A stretch of DNA of 48,465 bases, counting the filler, from Bipalium vagum (lineage: Eukaryota): assembly GCA_037834085.1 (NCBI GenBank). It is 2 parts of 2 records of this genome, joined end to end, with 100 filler letters (N's around TTAATTAATTAA, not from the genome) between each part and the next. Parts side by side here need not be neighbours in the genome. Positions count along the whole stretch, not along the records: positions 1 to 21,937 come from JBBMKC010229084.1; 1 more part is not named here. One strand, 5' to 3'. The notes under the pieces are model-generated. The model was not told the DNA's origin and did no database searches. It saw only the letters and a list, made by a program, of their open reading frames with translations. Numbering within the stretch: the stretch's first letter is position 1; each line of letters opens with the position of its first letter. The translations under genes and the position numbers were made by a program. Positions 1 to 10,558 of the stretch are shown here, in pieces.

Positions 1-242
1 GAAAATATTTTTATGATTATCCTTATTATTTATTAAAAAGCCTCTTTTAGACTGCTTTAAAATTGTTAATTTATTTTAAGGGTTTTCTTATCTTTTTAAG
101 TATTTTAAAAATAAAATTCCTGGAAAATTCTCAATGATTTTCAAGTATTAATTAATTTTTAATTATTAATATTATTAATAATATTATTATTATTATTAGT
201 AGTAGTAGTATTTATGCATTATTTATCATTTTTATTATTTAT

Positions 243-280
243 TTTTCCCCGGGGGTGTCTTGGTAAACCCAACACTACTA
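243..280. repeat. Short dispersed repeat, copy 1 (core GGGTGTCTTGG(A)TAAACCCAACA)
   Basis: Near-identical to 9533-9571 and similar to the reverse complement of 27201-27240. Lies next to (TAG/TAT)n simple repeat. Confidence 0.7.
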
Positions 281-1512
281 AACTTTGATATTTAAATAAA
301 TCTAATTGTATACATATTATTTTGTAAAATTTCCATTCATATTCTTTTTGTTCTTTTTGTTATATATACTTATCTAATTTTTCTAAGTGAAATGGGACTT
401 TATTATTTTTTTGATCTTCTTTATTATTTTTTTAGTGTTTGAAAAAATTGATTTTTTAATATTTCATTTTCATTTTTTTCTGAATAAATTTTATATGAGT
501 GAATAAATTTACATTTAATAAAAAATTGATAACCAAATTTATTGTTAAAATGTTTAAAATAATACTTAATTGTGTCTATTAATTCGTCTTGAAAATTAAA
601 AATTTTTTTTATTATGATCTTGAAAATTTTAAAATATTTCCATTTTACTGAATTTGAAATTTTTTGGTTTATAATTATATTTTTCAAATTTATCTCCAAA
701 TTTTATTTGATCTATATATATAGAATCATTTCCAGGCAGTTCCTTAAAAATATTATTATTTATTTTATTTAAAGGTTCCTTATAATTTTTAGATTTTAAA
801 TAAGAAATTAATGCTGTTTAATTTTTAAAATTTTTATTACATTCAGTACAAAATAATTCACTTCTGGTTTCAGTCATTTTTATAATAATAAAATGTTTTT
901 TTAAAAAATCAAATGCTCAATTTTAGTGAGGGTACCAAATGAGTCAAAACTGGTGAACTTTACATTAGTAGAGGAAGTCACACTGGATTTAATGGGCAGA
1001 ATAAATCTCCAGAAGATATTCGGATTTAGGTTGGTTAAAGAAAATTCCGGGCAGATCAAAACTGATGGAAAGGAAAGAGAAGAATCATATATGTGTAATA
1101 TTGAAGGGAAGTTTGGTAATGAAGTTAAGGAAGAAGAGCGTTTTAAGAGAGCAGTAGAGATAACAGTAGTGACAAACAACAGGAGGTTGGTGCAGATAAT
1201 AAAAGAGAACGAGGATGTTTTTATGACCATCAAGTTGGATGTCGACTGCACTCACCTAGCGAAACATCATATCCGGACAACAGGAGAACCAATTAATCTT
1301 AAGCCGTTTAAACAGCCGATGAACCTAGAGGGGAAGATACAGGAGACATTCAAGAATCTATACGACAATGGAATTATTAAGAAATGTAATTCACTTTGGA
1401 ACACACCGTTGATTTGCGTATGGAAGAAGAAGAAGAAGAAAGATATCCGTATATGTTGCTATTTTCGGCAGTTAAATGCAGTGGCGGAAAGGCAGGCATT
1501 TCCAATTCCAAA

Positions 1513-2673
1513 TGTAATAATTATAGTATATTAAAGTTACTATAAATAAAAAAATTACTAAAAAGTTTTAATATAAATATAAAATATTTGTCAAAATAAA
1601 AGACAAGAAAAATAGCAAAAAATTCGAAGTGTTGAGTTACAAGAAGTGTTCAAAAATTATTATTCTCGTCTCTAATTTCAAATTTAATCGGACAGGACTA
1701 TATCAAATTTCAATATAACTGACTACTATTAAATTACCCGAGTGGATATCATTATAAAAGTTGCAGTGAAAAGAAACTGAAAACATTCAATTCAATTCTA
1801 TTGCATCCAGGAGAATAGAAGGAAACACATTCACTTCAATATCATCTAGGAGAAAAGAAGTAAAAACGTTTGAATTTACGATCCCAAGAAAAGTCATTCA
1901 TTCAAGATCAGTCATTTAATTCTACAATAAAAAAAATATGTATTCAACCTCGCGACTAAGGAAATCAAATATTCGACTCGTCAAGGAGAAATTCAACTAC
2001 TTGTGCGAAGATAGAAAGAGATACAAAATCAAACATCAGTCCGACAATCAATTCTAAATTAAGCTTATTATACAGAAGACCAGGATCCTACGTAGAATAT
2101 TATACAACAAGTAATTTCAATAGTTTTCGGTAATTTGTAATTATTATTATTAAACTTTAAGAATTTCAATTTGATTCCAAATTCAACAATTCTATTTCTA
2201 ACTTGATTACAAGTTAGTAAATAATTAGGTTAAATAAATAATTCGAAGTAACCGGATAGATCCCCGTTTACTTTAGAAAACATCAAATAACTTGTAATTC
2301 TTTTTGTTCTTCCATTATTTATTTTTTTGCCTTCTCAAAGTCAAGTAGGGCGGAGAGCATAAGATAGCGAAGAGCATAATTAATATCATTCTGATTCTTC
2401 TCCGGGATTTACTAGTAATATTTTATTTGTTCAACAAAGCTTTTAACCAATATTTAAATAAAGTTTTTATATTTATATAAATTGTTTTGATTTGACTTAG
2501 TGATCGAATTGTTATTTATCGAAAGTCACGTTTACGAATTAATTAAAAACTATTGTTTACTTGCACGCAATTTACAGTTACCCAGTCGATTTAAAAATAA
2601 AAATAAATAAACGCAACCTCTTATATAAACCGAACGTATCACACTCTAAATCCTTCTGATCAATTTTATAACA
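1513..2673. mobile_element. Solo-LTR-like insertion interrupting the Gypsy RT
   Basis: RT similarity stops abruptly at AFPIPN. A non-coding block runs TGTAAT...ATAACA (TG...CA termini) and integrase sequence resumes after it. No target-site duplication seen. Confidence 0.55.
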
Positions 2674-2976
2674 AACGAGCCACATTAAATTTTGGAAAGA
2701 TATTTAGTGTTCAAGTTAAATCCAACTAATTCAAAACTTAAAACAGGTACTGAGAAGGTCGTGGAATATATGAAGGGGAAACATGATATAAAGGGTTTGT
2801 GGAGTAAAGTGCGGAGATTATTGTCAGGATGCGAATCGTGTAATAAGCATAAAGTGGTTAAATCTGCGACAAAAGAGGCCACAGTGAAATTGGAAGCATC
2901 TGAAATGTTTGAGAAAATTTATGTCGACATCTGCGGTCCGTTAACGGAAACCAGGAGAAGGAAATGTACATCCTTG

Positions 2977-3700
2977 TGTTACTACTATACTTTGACGCAG
3001 TAATGTGTGCTCGTGTACCCGCAACTCCTCACTTTTATAAAATGTTGTGTCCGTCCCTCTCAATTTTATCTGAATCAAAACCCCCACAATAATACTGTAT
3101 CCGCACCCTAAGACTGAATTAAAACTTTCTTAATAAAACTTTCTTAACAAAACACAATCATTATTAAATATACTGATCACCACAAAAGTCACCCTATAAA
3201 TTACCCTAATAAGTCCAATAACTGAAAAATGTCACTGAAAATAAAAATAAATACAACTACTATTATAATGAAAGAGATGAAATGAATAATTACAAATGAG
3301 TGTTTTCAGAAAATAACACAACAATAAATAAATAAAACGATTTCTTCAAGAGCTACAAGGAATTCCCAAGCTCGCTGGGTCCCCTTGTTAAATCCTTCTG
3401 CATAATCATACCTTGAAAACAAAAGAAAAATTTACTGGAATCGTTTCTGACAATAATGTTCCTGAACGTAGCTTCTGACAATAATGTTCTTAAACGTAGC
3501 TTCTGAACGTAGTTTCTTTAAAATTTCTTTTAAAATTTTTCGGGCCTTTATGGGAACAGTCGTCTCCTTTTATAGTCGTAGAGACTGGTCTACGATCACC
3601 AATCTCTACGCTTAGAAACGACTATTTTCCCTTATAGCCATTAACTCTATCTCCACGCCCAGATAAAGTCATGTCAATGCTAATGGAAATCTGCAGCCCA
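2977..3700 (-). mobile_element. Second LTR-like insertion interrupting the Gypsy integrase (right end approximate)
   Basis: Starts TGTTAC where integrase coding breaks. Non-coding, with an internal tandem repeat and a minus-strand TATAAAAG near 3568-3575. Confidence 0.45.
3445..3512. repeat. 28-bp tandem repeat (about 2.4 units)
   Basis: TTCTGACAATAATGTTCCTGAACGTAGC / TTCTGACAATAATGTTCTTAAACGTAGC / TTCTGAACGTAG. Confidence 0.85.
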
Positions 3701-4674
3701 CCCGAAAACGACTGTCAGAGAATCCATTAGCCTAATATGAAGGATTTGGAGGAACTACTGCCAGAGGTTGAGTTTTCATTGAATGCGACAACGTAGAAGA
3801 CGACAAGAAGGATTATTTTTGGAAGGCTCATAGACCGAGAAAGATGGTGGATAGAACGGAAGTAGAACCGATGACGAAAACGAATTTTGACGTTGGTGAC
3901 GAAGTCCTGGTTAAAGTTGAAACGAGGAACAAGAACCAGCAAAGATACAAAGGTCCATATCGAAGTCAAAGAAAGATACATGGAAACGGTATTTTATAAA
4001 GCACGCAGATGGAAGAATTCGGAGAGGAACGTTGAGAAGTTAAAAAAATTCTTGAGAGGGGGATATAAGAAGTGATTCAAACAATTAATTTGCTTGATTT
4101 TTTTGAATAAGGACCTCACGCTAAATAAACAATTATTAATTGTTTTTAATTTAAGGTTTGTAAAAAATTATAATGTTACGGTTTTTTAAATATTTAAAAT
4201 AACTGATCATAAATTTTAAATTGTAAATAATTTAATTAAAAAAAAGGTGAGGTCTTAGTTTGAAAATTTTGTTTGAATAATCGGGTTTAATGAAATATAT
4301 TATGATTGCTTTGATTCTGAATTATTATTTAAAAATCACTACACAAGAATATAAATATTATAAAATGATTATTAAATATACTTAAATTTACAATTGAAAT
4401 AGATGAATCAAATTATTAAATTTAAAATCATAGTTTTAGAATATTTTTTATTTGTCTATCATGTTATTATCTAAATAAATTTAATATTAAATTTTATAAA
4501 AGTACAATTATATTTATTAAAACGCTAAATTGAATAAAAAAAATTTTAAAAAATTAAAAATTAAATTAAAATATTTATTAATAATAAAGAGTTGTTTAAA
4601 ATTATATAAAATCATATTATTGTGCATTTTTCAAAAATATAACTTAAAATTATTAGTTGATTTGTTAGCTTATT

Positions 4675-7474
4675 ATGCAATTTAATACAGTTGGTAATCG
4701 ATCAAGCACTTTGAATAAGTCGCTTACTTCTGGAAAAACAAATACTCTTGGACGTGGACATAAGGAAAATTTATTTGAGACATTTTCCAGACGTAAAAAA
4801 CTAAACAAAAAAGAAGTTGAAAATCTGACATTGGAAGGCAAAAACGCTATTGAAAGCTCTTTTAAGCGTGTACTGAATGATTTTGAGGATTATGATATTA
4901 AAGATAAAACAATTATTGTTGATAAAAATGAATTAGTTAGTGTTTATAAATTCATTGTTATTCAAAATATTGGACTTCTAGAATCGTCCAGAAGTTAAAT
5001 TGCTTCTTGACTTATTAATGAATTGGATGAATAAGATATTAGAACCGAAAAGGATAATTGTTAAAAACTTAGCCGAAGATCTGAGAGATGGACAAATTCT
5101 TCACGAATTGGCTCAATACGTTTGTAATACGAAACTTGAATTTCCAGAGGTTACAATTTCAGAAGTGGCTCAAAAACAAAAAATAAAAGCATTATTATCT
5201 TATTATGAATAATAATATTATGATGTCAAATTTTTATTTAGTTGGTGCTTGATAATTTGCACAAAAGAATGGACATCAAAGACAACGAATTAGAACTACT
5301 AAAATGGAATGTGAATGACATTAATGATGGCAATTTGATCTCTATTTTGTGTTTATTGGTAAGAATAGTTCAACATTTTGACAAAGAAGTCAGATTGCCA
5401 CTGAATGTGAACATTACTGCCACTAAAATTGTTAAAGTCAACGAAGGACATGTGCACACGAAAGAAAGTCACGAAATAACGGGACTCTTTGACGGAAGCA
5501 GTTAGTTTTAAGATTTGCTTACTTTTTATAGAGTTTCTATTCATCATAATGTGACGAACATGTAAATATTAGGGTATTGCATAGCCATGGTTTAATAGTA
5601 ATTAATAATAAATAAATAAAATAATAATTAATATAATAAAATTTTTAATAAATACATAGTAATACATTTTCGTATTAGTTTAAATATTCTATAAATTCAA
5701 TTTATTGATTAATAATATTGTGGAAAAAATCGATAATTAATTCATTAGTGAAAATCATTATTGAAAATTTGTTTAAGTTAAAGATTTTCGATATTATGCA
5801 ATCGGCAATGTCAAAATAACGTCAAGGAAAGTGGATTGTCCAGTCATTATCAAATTTTGATGATATGGCTTTCATTATGTGAACTGTAAATTATTTTTAT
5901 ATAGCAACAATCCATAACTAAAATAAAATATGAATTTGTATATAAATACATTCTCCAGAAATTCCATTAACAGTGTTTCTACAAGCGTAATTTTATTGGA
6001 ATAGGAACAAACTAAATGTTTTCGAACTGAGTTTCGATTATTTTAAAAAATATCTAGTATCGATTTTCTGCAAAAAACGTTCTAAATGGTTTTAGAATAT
6101 TTTGTTTTTTTTTATAGGAAGTATCGTCTCTTTATTAGTTTTGAATATTGACTATCTGATAATCAACATCATGGTTTATCGATTATAAGTTTTTTTCATT
6201 ATTATTGGAATTCTACAAAAAATAAAAAATCTAAGTAAAATATTAGCCCTTATTTTTCTCGGTAATGTAAAACTGTAAAAAAATTTAAAAGTTGATATTT
6301 TGAAAAAATAGTTCAATTGATTATCAGTATTTTTGAAATGATAAATCATTTGTTAAATTTTTCTGTCATTGGGAAAAAATGAAAAATAATCTAATATATT
6401 GTACAATTAGTGTTGGTTAAATATGTATAGATTCAAAAAATTTTGTTAAAATACTTTTTATCAATTATTGCCTTGTTTTTAGTCTGTAGTGAAAGAAATC
6501 GATATCCTGATATATTGATAAATTATTGACAATAATAATACATTGTGATACACGACTCTCTCGAATAAACAGCCTTTTAGATACAATTGTAAACAATCAT
6601 AGATTTTTCATAAAAATTATTTATATTTCGTCCATTAATTTTCACGACCCAGATAAACATAAAAAGAAGAATAGTTGTGCATAATCGATATTCGAGAATG
6701 AAAATCGATCGAGTTAAAAAATGAAACGGTATCTATCGTTTTATTACATAACTTCAATTTTCTGTTTCCGAAACAAATTATGTAGAAAATAAATTCCAAA
6801 ACGCGTTTTATGAACTAAAATTCCATTCTTTTTTCAATGCAAAATGAAGTATCGATTTTAAATATCACTGTCTTCGATAATGCTTAAGCTGACAGAATTA
6901 TTTTTAATATTTCCAAATCAATATTCACCTTATTCTTATTGATTTTTTTTATCAGACCAAGCCAAAATCGGAAAAGACTCTTTCGACACTCTTTTTGCTT
7001 CGGCTTCCGAAAAGATTGAAGATGTGAAAACGTCTCTTTTGAACTTTGTCAACGGCCATTTTCAGAGACTCAATATTAAAGTTTTAGATATTGAAAAAGA
7101 GGTAAGTGTTCGACGACTTCCATGTTTTTTATTTTTTCATTTGCCTCGTCCCCCGTTCACGTGGAGTTTCATTTCTTTCTACATTTGACTGATTCATTTT
7201 ACGGGTTTTCATTATCCTTTTCCAGTTCAGGGATGGTGTCTTTCTGATTTATCTGATGGGTTTGCTGGAAGATTACTACGTTCCAAACCATGCGTTCAGT
7301 TTGCCGGCGAACGAGTTCCACGTGCGCCTAGAAAATGTCAATTTCGTCTACGACCTCATGGAAGAAGCCGGGATCCCGAGACCGAATTCCGTTCCAGAAG
7401 ACATTGTGCTCGGTGATCTGAAGGCAACAATGCGAATTTTGTATTCTCTTTTTTCTCATTTTAAAGATTATTAG
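4675..7474 (+). CDS. parvin: Parvin (two calponin-homology domains; focal-adhesion IPP complex), 5 exons, 373 aa
   Basis: Exons 4675-4935, 4982-5188, 5242-5500, 6956-7101 and 7226-7474 splice in phase. Motifs: RIIVKNLAEDLRDGQIL, EVTISEVAQKQK, KDSFDTLF, FRDGVFLIYLMGLLEDYYVP, PEDIVLGDLKATMRILYSLF. Intron 2 requires a GC donor. Confidence 0.95.
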
Positions 7475-8566
7475 TGAAACAAAAAAGTCGAATTCCAATC
7501 GATAATCGTTGTGTTTGGCTCAATGTAATTTTATTGGTTTTCACATTTTTTTATATTGCAATATTGATTTTATGTAATTATTTTTGAAAAAAGGTTTTAC
7601 AAAGTCTGATTCTAAGGTCGCTTTATATATATCACGAATATATGGAACTTTATGTTATTGGTATCATTTATTATTTTTTAATGGAATAAATAACTTTGAT
7701 TTTTTATAATTTTGATTATTTCGGTTTCTTGTTTTAATTTTTTGAAAAATTTAATTTTATTTCAACTGGAATTGTTTTTGAGGGAAATGGATTTGTTCTT
7801 GAATATAGAATGAAAACCATGGTGATGTATTGTGTGCATATTGATGTGCTATTTTATGATTTCTGTTTTAATTGCATCTTATTTCTATTGTTGTTTTTCC
7901 TTATTAAAATACAGTAAATATTTATTAAATAGCTTAAATTAATAAAAGTATAAAATAAAATGTAGGTGACCTGAGTTTGTTTAACGTATAAGGTTTTTAT
8001 TATGAGTTTAATAGTAATAACTTAATTATTCTAAAGTACTTAGGTAAAATAAAATAGAGATAAGTACTATAATAATGTGTGTAAATAGACCCAAAGAAAT
8101 AATATTAAAAGTAAAATTAACTGTAAATATAAGTTTTTGCGAAGACACATTGATAAAGTAACTCGTGATTTGAAGAACTGAACATTTTGTTCCACCATCA
8201 AGAAGAAAAATTGTACGTATGTGGCAAACATGATCTTGTAGTTATTTTTTAACTAGGTTGCTTATTAAATGATCTATTGTGCAATTTTTAATATATATAG
8301 TTCTTTAAAAATTTATTGAATATTTTATAATTTGTAAAATGAATAAGACAAGTAAAATAATTGTTAAATCTTAAACTTAAAATCTACTTTTCTAGAAAAT
8401 CAAAAATAAAATTAAGAAGTAGTCTATAAGATATTATATTAACCTTTATTTAACAAGTCCGTATTAAATGGTGCAAAATTTTTCAAATTTATTGGATAAA
8501 CTAAAATACATATATTAAAATGAACATTTTTGAAGAACTGCCAATATATATATGATCAATATTTAG

Positions 8567-9300
8567 TGTATCAAATCTAGACCTGACTCCAACTCTTAGT
8601 TGGTGCAATAATAACAATCAGTAAAGCAACAATTGTATTTATATCACACAATCACAAAAATATAGAGAGATAATCAGAAGTCTGGGATCACAATTAATGT
8701 CTGAAATGTTTCACAAACTTTCAATTCAAACTAATCAAACAACAATCAAATGAATTAATATTAATATTAATATTAATAAAAGAATAATAAGTACTTTTAA
8801 TATCTAACAGCAATGTTAAATAACAAGTCAATTATAATATAATGTTTAATTCCAAGTCTAATTAAAATAAAATATTACTTATACGCTAAATTAATCAATA
8901 TTAATAATTACTTAAAAAAATAAATAAATAAAGATAAAAGAAAATAGAACAGTATTACGCTTTGTCTTCCGCTAAAACTCCCGAGTTATCGTCTGAGCCC
9001 TAACGGTTGCTCATCGGTAACCCGCTGGTGGGGAATTTTAAGCATAGTCCCAGCATTTAAATAAACGTTGAAATACTTGTAAATTGAACTGTAATCTCCT
9101 TCCTTTATAGAAACCTGCTTCAGTATTCTACACAAATGACAATAATTATAAGCACGTTTTCTGAGGGGTGAAATTATTCTAGAATCCCTCTGCTTATATA
9201 CTTTTCTGAAACTGATCTTCATCTGGAGATTATTCCTGAAATAATCTCAAAATTAATCTTAAATTCTCAAAATTTTATTATAACTCTAGAATTCCCTAAA
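8567..9300 (-). mobile_element. LTR-like non-coding block (boundaries approximate)
   Basis: Starts TGTATCA, has a minus-strand TATATAAG near 9195, a GC-rich hairpin at 8982-9024, and composition resembling the other LTR-like blocks. Confidence 0.3.
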
Positions 9301-9479
9301 AATTTATTTCCTGATGACCATTAATATTTTTAAATTCCCTCTTTTGGACTTCTTTAAAAGTAAAAATTACTTTTGGAGGGTTGTTTTTTTTTCTAAGTAT
9401 TTTCAAACTAAAAATATATGTGAATTTTTAATTGCTTTTCAAGTGTTAATTAAATTTAATTATTAATATCAATAATAAT

Positions 9480-9571
9480 AATAATATTATTTTTAACATC
9501 TATACCCTTTTCATGATTTTCCTTGGTTATATTTTTCCGGGTGGGTGTCTTGGATAAACCCAACATTACTA
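9480..9571. repeat. Short dispersed repeat, copy 2, with AAT-rich tail
   Basis: TTTTCCGGGTGGGTGTCTTGGATAAACCCAACATTACTA matches 243-280. Confidence 0.7.
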
Positions 9572-9689
9572 AGAAAATTAATGAAAAAATAAATAAATTT
9601 GAGAAAATATTATAGAAGAAAAAAGACAAAGATAAACGTAAAATGTATTCATTAATCAATGCCAAGTCATATATTTCCTCAACTAAATG

Positions 9690-10174
9690 CTCAGTGTCCT
9701 TAATATCTAGAACATGATGAAGGTATCAATAAATTTTTGAGAACGCCTTTCGATAATCCAGTCATTAATAATATCTTCAAAATCCAATAAACTAGTCTTC
9801 TGCCGCCACCAAATTTCCTTTTTCTTGAAATCTCCACTGCCGTGGTATTTTCAATAAAGTCATATTTTTTCCAACGATGGACCGTTCTTTCATCTAAATT
9901 ATATTTTTTACAGACGGAAACATACGAAGATGATTTAATTTCGTCATTATCTGCTTTTTGTATTCAGCTGAATAACTTTTCCTGGAATTCATTTTAATCT
10001 TAATAAAGAATTTAAACAAATTTTCGTAGTAACTAACTTAATTTTGCACTCAATTTAAAATAAAATACTGTGGATACTGACTTGTATTCCGACAGTGGCT
10101 TGTATTGCAAAACTTTTTAATTTGGTATAATGGCATATATTCGGATAGTGACTTGTAATAAGGGAAACACGATA
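9690..10174 (-). mobile_element. pogo/Tigger-like DNA transposon, 5' fragment
   Basis: Minus-strand ATG at 9992 reads MNSRKSYSAEYKK...CKKYNLDERTVHRWKK...KFGGGRR, then (frameshift) FEDIINDWIIERRSQK, resembling tandem HTH/CENP-B domains. Terminal TATCGTGTTTCCC plus subterminal GA(T/C)A(G/C)TG(A/G)CTTGTA repeats at 10072-10160. Confidence 0.65.
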
Positions 10175-10558
10175 CATTTTTTCTGAAAAATCCAATCCAG
10201 AGTTAATGGTTAAGCATTGGATTTTATCAGTTAAATGGTTAGAAAGGACTGGTTCATTGCCTATAAGAAGATTTGGATAACCACTAAAAATCTAAGTTTA
10301 TAACTTTTTTGTTTGGCTCTGGGTATAATAAATCCTAACTTTCTTTAGGCCATTTCTCCATTACCTCCTGAATTCGCAGTTTCTTCATCATGCAAATTTA
10401 TCAATTTATAAGGAATGGTTTTAAATTTTACTTATTATTAATATTAATATAATTACATTAAAAGTTATAAACAAATATGTTAATTATAATTTAATTTGAG
10501 GAAAGAATTCATTGATTAAATTTACTTAAACATTTATCATGAGTATTAAAACACGTAG

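Larger units (their letters stand above)
920..4075 (+). mobile_element. Degenerate Ty3/Gypsy LTR retrotransposon pol (RT N-terminus, integrase), fragmented
   Basis: ORF 926-1534 has RT N-terminal motifs (HHIRTTGEPINLKPF, WNTPLICVWKK, DIRIC-YFRQLNAVAERQAFPIPN). ORF 2692-3003 has the integrase zinc region (CESCNKHK) and FEKIYVDICGPL. 3727-4075 encodes LPEVEFSLNAT, FDVGDEVLVK and RYKGPY (GPY/F), followed by a polypurine tract GAGAGGGGGA at 4054-4063. Confidence 0.9.

Noticed and set aside
3445-3512. CRISPR-like array
   Set aside because: Adjacent tandem units without unique spacers, in a eukaryotic LTR-like context.
4675-5505. Stop-codon reassignment or frameshifting to explain consecutive short parvin ORFs
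   Set aside because: Short introns with AG acceptors restore the frame, and the standard code translates all genes cleanly.
8982-9030. Hammerhead ribozyme (minus-strand CCGATGAG)
   Set aside because: No GAAA core or third stem. It folds as a simple hairpin.
10111-10140. WYNG as the missing Unc13 C2B exon (EMDVWYNL)
   Set aside because: Context reads NFLIWYNG with no further similarity, and it lies within the pogo terminal region.
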